A DNA stretch of 40,850 nt from Paracoccaceae bacterium (lineage in GTDB: Bacteria > Pseudomonadota > Alphaproteobacteria > Rhodobacterales > Rhodobacteraceae). How positions within the stretch are numbered: position 1 is the first letter of the stretch; every line of letters starts with the position of its first letter. This document shows, piece after piece, positions 28,267 to 37,714 of the stretch. The notes below the pieces were generated by a model that did no database searches, was not told where the DNA came from, and saw nothing but the letters and a program-made list of their open reading frames with translations. The stretch covers positions 1 to 40,850 of the forward strand of contig JBAVTI010000470.1 in NCBI GenBank assembly GCA_049696055.1, in the 5' to 3' direction. The position numbers were made by a program, and so were the translations under genes.

Positions 28267-29086
28267 TCCCACACGCCCGAAGCAAGCTCGTATTATCGCG
28301 ATAGCCAACCAGAAGGGCGGAGTTGGAAAAACAACGACAACAATAAATCTAGCTGCAGGATTGGCCGAGCTAGGTGCCCGCGTATTGCTGGTTGACCTTG
28401 ACCCGCAAGGCAATGCATCGACCGGGCTCGGCGTTGATCCTAGCAAGCGCCGCTTTACGTCTTATGATCTATTGATCGACGAGGCGCCGCTTTCGGATGT
28501 GATTCAAAAGACACAGATTGATTCGTTGTTCATTTGTCCCGCCAATGCCGACCTTTCTTCGGCCGATATGGAGTTGGTGGCCAATGAAAAGCGCAGCTTT
28601 CTATTGCATGACGCCCTTCGCCAGCCGGCAATTGACAGCTATGCCTTAGACTTCATTCTGATTGATTGCCCGCCGTCTTTGAGTCTGCTGACCGTTAATG
28701 CCATGGTGGCGTGCCATTCCGTTCTGGTTCCACTTCAAAGTGAGTTTTTTGCATTAGAAGGGCTTTCACAACTGATGCTGACAATTCGCGATATCAGGCA
28801 GACGGCCAATGCTGAATTGCGCATCGAAGGTGTGCTATTAACGATGTATGATGGGCGGAATAACCTGTCTCAGCAGGTAGAAAGTGATGCGCGCCAAAAC
28901 CTCGGGGATTTGGTGTTCAAGACCATTATTCCTCGGAATGTACGCGTTAGCGAAGCGCCGTCCTATGCGTTGCCGGTATTGATATACGACCCCACATCCA
29001 GAGGAAGCGAAGCTTATCGTGCGCTCGCATTGGAAATCGCAATGCGCCACGGCATTGCGGGCACTAAACAGGAGGCTGCTGTCTGA
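28259..29086 (+). CDS. parA: Chromosome partitioning ATPase ParA
   Basis: 275 aa. Deviant Walker A NQKGGVGKTTT. Confidence 0.95.
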   Translation: MSDPTRPKQARIIAIANQKGGVGKTTTTINLAAGLAELGARVLLVDLDPQGNASTGLGVDPSKRRFTSYDLLIDEAPLSDVIQKTQIDSLFICPANADLSSADMELVANEKRSFLLHDALRQPAIDSYALDFILIDCPPSLSLLTVNAMVACHSVLVPLQSEFFALEGLSQLMLTIRDIRQTANAELRIEGVLLTMYDGRNNLSQQVESDARQNLGDLVFKTIIPRNVRVSEAPSYALPVLIYDPTSRGSEAYRALALEIAMRHGIAGTKQEAAV

Positions 29087-30009
29087 TGGAAAAAAAATCC
29101 GAACGCCGTGGGCTTGGACGCGGCCTTTCTGCGCTAATGTCGGATATCAATCTGGACACAGGATTGGAGGCTGGGCGCGCTTCGGCGGCTCCCCGTCGGG
29201 GTGATATTTTCGTACCCGTTGAAAAACTGGTTCCTAACCCATTGCAGCCACGAAGAGATTTCGAGCCCGAGGCTCTGGAAGGATTGGCCGCATCAATCCG
29301 ACAGAAGGGCGTCATACAGCCACTGATTGTGCGCCCAATTCCCGGATCTGATACTTACGAGATTGTTGCTGGCGAGCGACGTTGGCGTGCATCGCAAATC
29401 GCGCAGTTGCATGAGCTTCCTGTACTCGTTCGGGAATTTGACGATACCGAAGTGCTTGAGATCGCTATCATCGAAAATATCCAGCGCGCCGATCTAAATG
29501 CGATCGAAGAGGCGATGGGGTTTCGGCAGTTGATGGATCGCTTTGGTCACACCCAGGAAAAGATGGCAGAAGCGCTTTCAAAAAGCCGTAGTCACATAGC
29601 AAATCTTCTACGTCTTTTGACCCTACCCGCCGACGTTCAGACTATGTTGCGGGATGGCAAGCTAACGGTCGGACACGCGCGAGCACTAATCACTTCGCCC
29701 AACGCTTCAGAGTTAGCGCAAGTTATTGTTGCAAAAGGCCTTTCGGTTCGGGACGCCGAGAGGCTTGCAAAGACAAAAAGCTCGGCATCAGGAAGACCCA
29801 TCGATGCGCGCAAGCATGGGCGTGCAGAAAAGGATGCGGACACTCGTGCATTGGAAGCGGATCTTTCTGCCAATCTGCATATGTCCGTTAGTATAAAGCA
29901 TGAGTCCGGCGGCGAGGCCGGCAGTGTGACGATTCGCTATAGCACGCTGGAAGAGCTTGATAGTCTTTGCCAAGTGCTGTCGGTCATCCCTCGGGACGGC
30001 TCCATATAA
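29086..30009 (+). CDS. parB: Chromosome partitioning protein ParB (parS-binding)
   Basis: 307 aa. RGLGRGLSALM, the GERRWRA arginine patch and an HTH. AGGAGG SD. TGATG junction with parA. Confidence 0.95.
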   Translation: MEKKSERRGLGRGLSALMSDINLDTGLEAGRASAAPRRGDIFVPVEKLVPNPLQPRRDFEPEALEGLAASIRQKGVIQPLIVRPIPGSDTYEIVAGERRWRASQIAQLHELPVLVREFDDTEVLEIAIIENIQRADLNAIEEAMGFRQLMDRFGHTQEKMAEALSKSRSHIANLLRLLTLPADVQTMLRDGKLTVGHARALITSPNASELAQVIVAKGLSVRDAERLAKTKSSASGRPIDARKHGRAEKDADTRALEADLSANLHMSVSIKHESGGEAGSVTIRYSTLEELDSLCQVLSVIPRDGSI

Positions 30010-30340
30010 AGATTGCAGTTCCGATAAGCACAATTCCTTGGATCCCCAGAAGAATCGGCCTGACCCCCAATGCGATCGACAGCGAAAAAGCTAATAGCAT
30101 CGATCCGCTGGCAAGCAGTTTCGCGCGCCTCTTAATGGCGCCGGATCGATTCCAGTGTTCGATTGGCGGACCAAGTGTAGGATGCGAAAGCAACCAGTTG
30201 TGAAGGCGATCGGAAGAACGAGAAAAGCAAAAAGCTGCCAGCAGAAGAAACGGAACTGTTGGTAAAAGTGGTGTGACGATACCGATAGCACCCAGGACAA
30301 GTGCGATAATTCCTAGCGTGACCCATACCCACTGCATCAT
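29984..30340 (-). CDS. ybaN: DUF454 (YbaN-family) inner-membrane protein
   Basis: The track start at 30349 is GTG and overlaps hemW, so I use the ATG at 30340 (the start is uncertain). LPTVPFLLLAAFCFSRSS is typical of YbaN. The 3' end overlaps the parB 3' end by 26 bp. Confidence 0.75.
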   Translation of the reverse strand: MMQWVWVTLGIIALVLGAIGIVTPLLPTVPFLLLAAFCFSRSSDRLHNWLLSHPTLGPPIEHWNRSGAIKRRAKLLASGSMLLAFSLSIALGVRPILLGIQGIVLIGTAIFIWSRPEG

Positions 30341-30341
30341 C

Positions 30342-31499
30342 TTAGGCACGCGATAATTCTGTGATAACCGAGTTCAAAACCATCCGACCATTTCGTGTAG
30401 CCATTAAGGTGTCACCTTTCATCGTAATCATACCGAATTCAATCAAGTCATTGATTTTGCTTATCTTAATATCTATCCCACTGAGGGATTGGTAGCGTGA
30501 AACGGAAAGTCCCTCACGCAATCGCAAAGACATCATCAAGTATTCGAGCGCCTGTTCTGATTTTGAAACGTGGTCGCGTATGGACTCGCCGCTTCCAATG
30601 GATTCAACCAGCTGCAACCATTCGCCCGGCGGCTTTGGCGCTTCGGTCGCCCAACGTGTACGATCCAGCGTTAGTCGACCATGTGCGCCTGGCCCGATGC
30701 CAACGTAGTCACCTGCTCGCCAATAGATAAGATTGTGGCGTGATTCCGCGCCGCGTTTTGCATGATTAGAAACTTCATAGGCGGGAAGACCGGCTTCTTC
30801 GCAAAGATCTTGGGTCGTAGCATAGAAGTCGGCGGAAAGATCGTCGTCTGGAAGGCCGCGCAGACCGCCGCGTGCGAAGCGGTCGCCGAATGCAGTGCCG
30901 TCTTCAATGGTTAACTGGTATAGTGATAGATGGTCGGCCGCCATCGTTAGGCCAACGCGAAGTTCTGCCTGCCATTCTTTCAGTGTCTGGTCCTGACGCG
31001 CGTAAATCAGATCGAAACTAACGCGATCGAATGTATCTCGTGCAAAATCGAAGGCAGCCCGCGCTTCTGAAACCGAGTGCAGCCGCCCTAAGCGCCGAAG
31101 ATCAACGTCGTTGAGCGCCTGAATGCCCATGGATATTCTGTTGACGCCTGCATCACGGTAGCCCTTGAAGCGCCCCGCTTCGACGGAACCCGGATTTGCT
31201 TCTAGCGTTACCTCCCAGTCATTTACAACCGACCAGGTAGCGCGGACGCGATCTAGAATCGCCGCGACCAGCGCTGGCTCCATTAGCGATGGCGTCCCGC
31301 CACCAAAGAAGACGGATGTAAGCAGGCGGCCCTTGGTTTCTTGGCCCGCGCGGTCAATCTCCGCCAGATAGGCCTTCTCCCAGCGGCGCTGATCAATGCT
31401 GGTGCTAACGTGACTATTGAAATCACAATATGGGCATTTTGACTGACAAAACGGCCAGTGCAGATAGAGCCCAAAGCCACCAGCTTGCCAGTCTTCCAT
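30342..31499 (-). CDS. hemW: Radical-SAM heme chaperone HemW (oxygen-independent coproporphyrinogen oxidase-like)
   Basis: 385 aa. Contains the YLHWPFCQSKCPYCDF radical-SAM CxxxCxxC motif. Confidence 0.9.
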   Translation of the reverse strand: MEDWQAGGFGLYLHWPFCQSKCPYCDFNSHVSTSIDQRRWEKAYLAEIDRAGQETKGRLLTSVFFGGGTPSLMEPALVAAILDRVRATWSVVNDWEVTLEANPGSVEAGRFKGYRDAGVNRISMGIQALNDVDLRRLGRLHSVSEARAAFDFARDTFDRVSFDLIYARQDQTLKEWQAELRVGLTMAADHLSLYQLTIEDGTAFGDRFARGGLRGLPDDDLSADFYATTQDLCEEAGLPAYEVSNHAKRGAESRHNLIYWRAGDYVGIGPGAHGRLTLDRTRWATEAPKPPGEWLQLVESIGSGESIRDHVSKSEQALEYLMMSLRLREGLSVSRYQSLSGIDIKISKINDLIEFGMITMKGDTLMATRNGRMVLNSVITELSRA

Positions 31500-31502
31500 C
31501 TG

Positions 31503-31877
31503 CTATCCTTTGAAGGCAGTTACCTCGATCTCGACCAACATTTCCGCTCGGATCAGCCCGGCGATGACCATTGTTGCCGCAGGGCGAATATCACCGAAAG
31601 CCTCACCCAAGGCTGGAATCAATTCTTCGATCAGCGACGCGTCCGCAACAAAGTACTGCACACGAACGATGTCTTCCATTGTGAAGCCAGCTTGATCAAG
31701 CACGCTTCGTATTGTGGCAAAACAGTTGCGCGCTTGAGCGGAAATGCCAGCCGGCATCACCATTGTCGTATAATCGTACCCGGTGACGCCGGAAACAAAA
31801 CACCAGCCACCTTTAACGATTGCGCGGCTATAGCCCATCGTTGCCTCGAATGGAGATCCCGTAGAAATGCGTTTCAT
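31503..31877 (-). CDS. RidA/YjgF-family protein
   Basis: Trimmed to the ATG at 31877 (AAGGGA SD, 8-nt spacing; ATGA overlap with the rdgB stop). The alternative ATG at 31886 has no spacing to the SD. YjgF-like sequence (MVIAGLIRAEMLVEIEVTA). Confidence 0.8.
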   Translation of the reverse strand: MKRISTGSPFEATMGYSRAIVKGGWCFVSGVTGYDYTTMVMPAGISAQARNCFATIRSVLDQAGFTMEDIVRVQYFVADASLIEELIPALGEAFGDIRPAATMVIAGLIRAEMLVEIEVTAFKG

Positions 31878-31885
31878 GTGAAACA
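31870..31885. promoter_or_regulatory. Degenerate parS-like palindrome (minus strand TGTTTCACATGAAACG; 14/16)
   Basis: Two mismatches to the perfect sites. It spans the rdgB stop / ridA start. Confidence 0.45.
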
Positions 31886-32482
31886 TCCCTTTACCAGTTT
31901 TCGAAAAGCATCAGCCCGGTGGCTGATTTTGTTTTTCTGCCACCGATCCATTTCGCCAAATGTGGTTTCGAAACCTTCGGGCTGGAAGATCGGATCATAG
32001 CCGTGGCCTTGGTCGCCGCGCATTGGCCAGATCACCTGACCCGGCATTATTCCCTCAAACACCTCGTCGTGCCCATCTGGCCACGCAAGCACCAAGGTGC
32101 ACCGAAATTGCGCCGTTCTAGGGTATGGTGCTGAAATTGCTTCGAGCTTTTCCCAAGTGTTTTTCATGGCCATGACGAAGTCGCGACCGTTCCCGGTTTC
32201 CGCCCAATCCGCAGTGTAGACACCCGGCGCGCCATTTAGTGCGTCGATCGAAATACCAGAATCATCCGCTAAGGAAGGAAGGCCGGTAGTTGTTGCTCCA
32301 AAATGGGCTTTGATTCTGGCGTTGCCCACAAAAGTTGATTCTGTTTCTACAGGCTCATCTAGCCCCATTTCGCCGGCCGAAGTCACCGCAATACCGAAGG
32401 GCTCCAAAAGCTTGGAGATCTCTTCCAGCTTTCCCGCATTATGCGTTGACACCAGAAGCCGTCCGCCAGAAAACTTTCGCAT
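31874..32482 (-). CDS. rdgB: Non-canonical purine NTP pyrophosphatase (RdgB/HAM1)
   Basis: Trimmed to the ATG at 32482. LLVSTHNAGKLEE and SHRA motifs are present. Confidence 0.9.
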   Translation of the reverse strand: MRKFSGGRLLVSTHNAGKLEEISKLLEPFGIAVTSAGEMGLDEPVETESTFVGNARIKAHFGATTTGLPSLADDSGISIDALNGAPGVYTADWAETGNGRDFVMAMKNTWEKLEAISAPYPRTAQFRCTLVLAWPDGHDEVFEGIMPGQVIWPMRGDQGHGYDPIFQPEGFETTFGEMDRWQKNKISHRADAFRKLVKGCFT

Positions 32483-32483
32483 C

Positions 32484-33197
32484 TTATGCCAGCGCTTCTT
32501 TCTGCGCAGCAACAAGTGCCGCGGCACCCGCCTCAGATAGATCTAACAACTCGCCCATTTCGGCGCGCGAGAACGTGGCACCTTCAGCCGACATTTGCAC
32601 CTCGATAAGACGGCCAGTCCCGGTCAAGATGAAATTACCATCGGTTCCTGCGGTGCTGTCCTCGGCATAATCCAGATCCAGTACTGGCTGGCCAGCGTAA
32701 ATGCCGCAAGACACGGCTGCAACGTGATCGATAATCGGATCTGATACAATAGCGCCTGCCTTCAACAGCTTGTTGACCGCCAGTCGAAGTGCGACCCATC
32801 CGCCAGTAATAGAAGCGCATCTTGTGCCGCCGTCGGCTTGCAGCACATCACAGTCAATCACGATCTGGCGTTCGCCCAAGGCAGAGCGATCTACCCCAGC
32901 CCGAAGGGCGCGGCCGATCAGGCGCTGAATTTCTTGTGTGCGGCCGGTTTGTTTTCCGGCTGCAGCCTCGCGCCGATTGCGCGAATTGGTTGCGCGCGGA
33001 AGCATTCCATATTCAGCGGTGACCCAACCAAGGCCGGTGTTCTTTAGAAATGGAGGCGCTTTGTCTTCGATCGTAGCGGAACACAAAACATGAGTCTCGC
33101 CCATCTTGATCAAACAAGATCCTTCGGCGTGTTTCATTACGCCGGTTTCGATGGAAATCAGGCGCATTTCATTCAGTTTACGGCCAGAAGGGCGCAT
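32484..33197 (-). CDS. rph: Ribonuclease PH
   Basis: Trimmed to the ATG at 33197 (AAGGA SD). Starts [12 protein letters not shown]. Contains [12 protein letters not shown] and [11 protein letters not shown]. Confidence 0.95.
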   Translation of the reverse strand: MRPSGRKLNEMRLISIETGVMKHAEGSCLIKMGETHVLCSATIEDKAPPFLKNTGLGWVTAEYGMLPRATNSRNRREAAAGKQTGRTQEIQRLIGRALRAGVDRSALGERQIVIDCDVLQADGGTRCASITGGWVALRLAVNKLLKAGAIVSDPIIDHVAAVSCGIYAGQPVLDLDYAEDSTAGTDGNFILTGTGRLIEVQMSAEGATFSRAEMGELLDLSEAGAAALVAAQKEALA

Positions 33198-33260
33198 TTC
33201 ACTATCCTTTAATCTGCTTGCGGCCAAATACCCCTCGCAGGGCAATAGATGCAAGCGTCA

Positions 33261-33289
33261 TTGACGTTTCGCCCAGTGACTCCTTATGT
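33261..33289 (+). promoter_or_regulatory. RpoH (sigma-32)-type promoter candidate for hrcA-grpE: TTGAC-N17-CTTATGT
   Basis: -35 at 33261-33265 and -10 at 33283-33289, which matches the alphaproteobacterial CTTG-N17-CYTATNT pattern apart from the first base. Confidence 0.4.
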
Positions 33290-33315
33290 TTGGATGCCTT
33301 TCAGAAAGCACCCGA

Positions 33316-34386
33316 ATGTCAGATGGCCATAGAATTCTGTCGGAAATGAACGACCGTTCGCGCGAAGTATTTCGGCAGGTCGTTGAAGGGTATCTTGCGT
33401 CGGGGGATCCGATTGGATCGAGAACTCTGTCGCGGACATTGAATGAAAAGATAAGTGCGGCCACCATTCGCAACGTAATGCAAGATCTTGAGTATCTGGG
33501 CCTGCTAGATAGTCCGCATACCTCTGCCGGGCGGATACCAACACAACTTGGCCTGCGGATGTTTGTCGATGGATTGCTTGAAATAGGCTCGGTTGCCGTT
33601 GAAGACCGCGAAAGAATCGACGCAACGCTTGGGTCAAACGAACATGATGTGGCGACGCTGCTAGATCGCGTTGGGTCTGCGCTTTCCGCCATTACCCGAG
33701 GTGCAAGCCTAGTCTTGACCCCAAAACATGAAGCGCCGATCAAACATATTGAATTCGTTAGCCTTGGTCCAGAGCGGGCGCTGGTAGTTTTGGTGTTTGC
33801 GGACGGCCATGTGGAAAACCGAGTTTTTAACCCCCCTCCCGGCCAAACGCCGTCGTCTATGCGCGAAGCAGCGAACTTTCTGAATGCCCTGGCTGAGGGC
33901 AAGACCCTGTCTGACCTTCAGCATTCCGTAAAACGCGACATCCATAACCGCCGGAAAGAAATTGATTCGCTGGCGCGGGCGTTGGTCGAAAGCGGCTTGG
34001 CTCTTTGGGAGAATGCGGGCGAGCAAAGCGAACGTCTTATCGTGCGGGGGAGGGCAAATCTTCTGGATGGCAGCGTCGAAGCGCAGAATTTTGACCGGAT
34101 TCGTAGCCTTTTCGATGATCTCGAACGCACCCGCGATATTGCCGAATTCCTAGAACTGACAGAATCCGGCGATGGGGTGCGAATTTTTATCGGTTCTGAG
34201 AACAAGCTTTTTTCACTTTCGGGTTCCTCTCTGGTGGTCTCTCCCTATATGAACGCTGATCGAAAGATCATCGGTGCCGTTGGTGTAATTGGTCCGACGC
34301 GGTTGAACTACGGCCGCATCGTTCCCATCGTTGACTATACGGCGCAGCTTGTGGGTCGGATGGTGTCCGAACGCGGCAAGGGGTGA
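33316..34386 (+). CDS. hrcA: Heat-inducible transcription repressor HrcA
   Basis: I prefer the ATG at 33316. The ATG at 33286 lies inside the putative -10, and 33346 is also possible. Sequence: ..LSEMNDRSREVFRQVVEGYLASGDPIGSRTLS. Confidence 0.9.
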   Translation: MSDGHRILSEMNDRSREVFRQVVEGYLASGDPIGSRTLSRTLNEKISAATIRNVMQDLEYLGLLDSPHTSAGRIPTQLGLRMFVDGLLEIGSVAVEDRERIDATLGSNEHDVATLLDRVGSALSAITRGASLVLTPKHEAPIKHIEFVSLGPERALVVLVFADGHVENRVFNPPPGQTPSSMREAANFLNALAEGKTLSDLQHSVKRDIHNRRKEIDSLARALVESGLALWENAGEQSERLIVRGRANLLDGSVEAQNFDRIRSLFDDLERTRDIAEFLELTESGDGVRIFIGSENKLFSLSGSSLVVSPYMNADRKIIGAVGVIGPTRLNYGRIVPIVDYTAQLVGRMVSERGKG

Positions 34387-34389
34387 GAT

Positions 34390-34941
34390 ATGGTTGAGAC
34401 AAGGAAAGACGACATGTCGCAAGATCAAGCTGAGACCAACGATTTGGGAATTGAGGAATTCATTGAGGCTGGTGAATTGGAAGCCCTTCGCGCAGAGCGA
34501 GATGATTTCCGTGATCGGTTTATGCGCGTATTGGCAGATGCTGAAAACAGTCGCAAACGTAGCGAAAGAGATCGCCGTGAGGCCGAGCAGTATGGCGGGT
34601 CAAAGCTGGCTCGGGATTTGCTGCCGGTTTATGATAACCTTCGTCGTGCGCTGGACGCTGCAACAGATGAGCATCGGGCCCAAGCATCTGCCTTGATCGA
34701 AGGGGTCGAGCTAACTCTGCGCGAATTGTTGACCGTTTTGACTAAACATGGCGTGACCCCGATCGTGCCTCAAGTTGGTGAGGCGTTTGATCCTCAGATG
34801 CATCAAGCAATGTTCGAAGCCCCGTTGCCGGGCACCAAGGTTGGGCAGATCATTCAGGTGATGACCGAAGGCTTCATGCTTCATGATCGCTTGCTGCGCC
34901 CTGCGCAGGTTGGGGTTTCGTCTAATGCAACGGGGGCGTGA
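34390..34941 (+). CDS. grpE: Nucleotide exchange factor GrpE
   Basis: 183 aa. FMRVLADAENSRKR motif. Immediately downstream of hrcA. Confidence 0.93.
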   Translation: MVETRKDDMSQDQAETNDLGIEEFIEAGELEALRAERDDFRDRFMRVLADAENSRKRSERDRREAEQYGGSKLARDLLPVYDNLRRALDAATDEHRAQASALIEGVELTLRELLTVLTKHGVTPIVPQVGEAFDPQMHQAMFEAPLPGTKVGQIIQVMTEGFMLHDRLLRPAQVGVSSNATGA

Positions 34942-34945
34942 CGGC

Positions 34946-37588
34946 CTAGGCTTTCAAGATATCGCGCAGTTCGTACACAAGCTTAAGCGCCTCGATTGGC
35001 GTTAGTTCATCCGGCCGAACTGCCTTTAAGCGAATCTCGACCTGAGAATCGCGCGAGGCGGGCTGTGTGGTTTGTGTCGGGGCAGCGCGGAACAGCGGCA
35101 GGTCGTCGATCAGCGCCTTTTGGCGGGTGTTACCCGCGCGTTCGCCCGCCTCAAGCGCCTCTAACACCACCTTTGCGCGCTCGATTACGGATGCGGGTAG
35201 TCCGGCAAGCCGTGCAACCTGGACGCCATATGACCGATTTGCCGCACCTTTTTTTACCTCGTGCAGAAATATAACGTCGCCTTCCCATTCCGTGACGGTG
35301 ACGGTTGCGTTTTCAACCCCGGCAAGCTTGGCGGAAAGAGCGGTCATCTCGTGGTAGTGGGTGGCGAAAAGCGCGCGGCAGCGGTTCGTTTCGTGGAGGT
35401 GCTCGAGTGTGGCCCAGGCGATGGATAGCCCATCGTACGTTGCCGTGCCCCGGCCGATTTCATCAAGTATAACAAGTGCACGGTCGTCCGCTTGATTTAG
35501 AATCGCCGCAGTCTCGACCATTTCCACCATGAATGTTGACCGTCCGCGCGCCAGATCGTCGGATGCACCAACGCGGCTGAACAGCTGGCTAACAAGGCCA
35601 ATATGGGCGGAGCTGGCCGGTACAAAGCTGCCTACCTGCGCGAGTAAGGCAATGAGGGCGTTCTGCCGCAGAAAGGTGGATTTGCCGGCCATGTTGGGGC
35701 CGGTCAGCAGCCAAATCGCGGGGGTGCTGTCGGGCGTCAGCAAGCAATCATTCGCCACAAACGGTGTGCTGGCCTGCCGCCTTAGGGCTCGCTCCACGAC
35801 CGGATGGCGGCCCGCAGTGATTTCAAACGCGTGGCTGTCGTCCAGCTCTGGTTTGCACCAGTTTTCCGAGGCGGCAAGATCGGCGAATGCGGCATTTAGG
35901 TCGATCTCCGCAAGCCCGCGCGACGTGGCACCGATAGGGCCAGCTTGCGCAATAATTGCGTCTCTAAGCCCATAATAGTGACGTTTTTCGATTTCCAATA
36001 CGTGATTTCCAGCATTCAAAATGCGGGTTTCGATTTCCGAAAGCGCAATTGTCGTAAAGCGCACTTGGCCAGCTGTGGTTTGGCGGTGAATGAAGGATTC
36101 CGAAAACGGCGCCGATAGCATGCGTTCGGCATGGTTACTGGACATATCAATGAAATAGCCGAGCACGTTGTTATGCTTGATCTTCAGGCTGTTGATGCCG
36201 GTTTGAGCGATATACTCGGCTTGCATGCGGGCTATGACGGCGCGGCCCTCGTCGCGCAGTTGGCGGGTTTCATCTAGTTCGGCGTCATATTTGGGAGCAA
36301 TAAAGCCGCCGTCACGCGCTAGAAGGGGCGGTTCGGCAATCAGGGCCCGATCAAGCAGTTCAATCAGCGCGTCATGTCCGCCAAGTGATTGCGCGGCATC
36401 GGCAAGTAAAGAGGGGGTTTCGGTTCCAAAGTGTTGGGCGATGGCCTTGGCTTGGGTTAGGCCTGTGCGGATGGCAGCAAAATCGCGGGGACCGCCACGA
36501 TCTAACGCGAGGCGGGAGAGGGCGCGCTCAATGTCTGGTACACTACGAAGGCCGGATCGCAGGTCTTCTCGAAAACGGCTCTGTTCCAACAAGAACTGCA
36601 CGGTTTCAAGCCGCGCGTGTATAGCGCCAAGATCGCGAGAAGGACTAGAGAGGCGGCGTTCAAGAAGGCGCGCCCCGGCGGCTGTCGTGGTCTTATCTAT
36701 TGCAGCAAGCAATGACCCGTCTCGACCGCCCGACAGTGCAGAAGTAATTTCCAGGTTACGACGAGTGGCCGCGTCAATCTGCATCGCTCCGCTAAGGGCT
36801 TCGCGTTGTGGCGCACGCATCAGAGGCAGTTTTCCGCGTTGGGTTAGATCAAGATAGTCGATCAGTGCGCCCATCGCGGAAAGTTCGGCGCGGGTGAAGG
36901 TGCCAAAAGCGTCTAATGTGCCGATGGCGAATAGAGCGCAGAGGCGTTTCTCTGCGGCGGTGCTATCAAACGCTGACCTTGCCACGGATGTCATCGCGGC
37001 GGTGGATTCAGTTACTATCCTGACCAAATCGGGCGTTAGTGTTTCGGAAACAAGCAGTTCGCGTGGGGACAGTCGTGCTAATTCTGGGCCAAGTTTGGCG
37101 GCGGCGCAGGGCATCACCCGAAACTCCCCCGTTGAAATATCAGCCCAAGCCAACGCACCTTCGTCGCGCACCTCGGCGTATGCGGCCAAGAAGTTATGGC
37201 GACGCGCCTCGAGCAAGGTGTCTTCGGTCAGGGTGCCGGGGGTGACAAGCCGCACTACATCGCGCCTAACTACTGATTTATAGCCGCGCTTCCTGGCTTC
37301 CGCAGGGTCTTCCATCTGTTCAGCAATGGCGACACGGAAGCCTTTGCGGATCAAGGTTAACAGATAGCCCTCGGCCGCATGGACCGGGACGCCGCACATT
37401 GCGATATCTTCGCCAAGATGCTTTCCGCGTTTGGTAAGGGCAATATCCAACGCTTCTGACGCAGCTACGGCGTCATCAAAAAACATCTCGTAGAAGTCGC
37501 CCATCCGGTAGAACAGGATCGCACCGGGGTGTTGGGCTTTGATCTGCAGATATTGCGCCATCATTGGCGTGACTGTGTCTTCGGTCAC
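34946..37588 (-). CDS. mutS: DNA mismatch repair protein MutS
   Basis: The track start at 37609 is TTG, so I prefer the GTG at 37588 (AAGGGG SD 6 nt upstream), giving (M)[16 protein letters not shown]. Walker [10 protein letters not shown]. Confidence 0.93.
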   Translation of the reverse strand: MTEDTVTPMMAQYLQIKAQHPGAILFYRMGDFYEMFFDDAVAASEALDIALTKRGKHLGEDIAMCGVPVHAAEGYLLTLIRKGFRVAIAEQMEDPAEARKRGYKSVVRRDVVRLVTPGTLTEDTLLEARRHNFLAAYAEVRDEGALAWADISTGEFRVMPCAAAKLGPELARLSPRELLVSETLTPDLVRIVTESTAAMTSVARSAFDSTAAEKRLCALFAIGTLDAFGTFTRAELSAMGALIDYLDLTQRGKLPLMRAPQREALSGAMQIDAATRRNLEITSALSGGRDGSLLAAIDKTTTAAGARLLERRLSSPSRDLGAIHARLETVQFLLEQSRFREDLRSGLRSVPDIERALSRLALDRGGPRDFAAIRTGLTQAKAIAQHFGTETPSLLADAAQSLGGHDALIELLDRALIAEPPLLARDGGFIAPKYDAELDETRQLRDEGRAVIARMQAEYIAQTGINSLKIKHNNVLGYFIDMSSNHAERMLSAPFSESFIHRQTTAGQVRFTTIALSEIETRILNAGNHVLEIEKRHYYGLRDAIIAQAGPIGATSRGLAEIDLNAAFADLAASENWCKPELDDSHAFEITAGRHPVVERALRRQASTPFVANDCLLTPDSTPAIWLLTGPNMAGKSTFLRQNALIALLAQVGSFVPASSAHIGLVSQLFSRVGASDDLARGRSTFMVEMVETAAILNQADDRALVILDEIGRGTATYDGLSIAWATLEHLHETNRCRALFATHYHEMTALSAKLAGVENATVTVTEWEGDVIFLHEVKKGAANRSYGVQVARLAGLPASVIERAKVVLEALEAGERAGNTRQKALIDDLPLFRAAPTQTTQPASRDSQVEIRLKAVRPDELTPIEALKLVYELRDILKA

Positions 37589-37714
37589 TGTGATCCCCTT
37601 ACTCGCCAAGCGACCCTACAAAACCCCAATGGCGGGGAAAAGCGGCAAGTGCAACGTTGGCAGATGCCGCCGCGGTCGCTATGACGCTTAAGCTTGCATA
37701 AGGATGGCCCCCTG

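Noticed and set aside
33198-33315. CIRCE operator (TTAGCACTC-N9-GAGTGCTAA) upstream of hrcA
   Set aside because: I looked for it because HrcA binds CIRCE, but neither half-site is present in the rph-hrcA spacer. Only a sigma-32-like promoter candidate was found.
33258-33902. 214-aa minus-strand ORF opposite hrcA
   Set aside because: Antisense shadow of hrcA that would also run through the putative hrcA promoter. It has no motifs.
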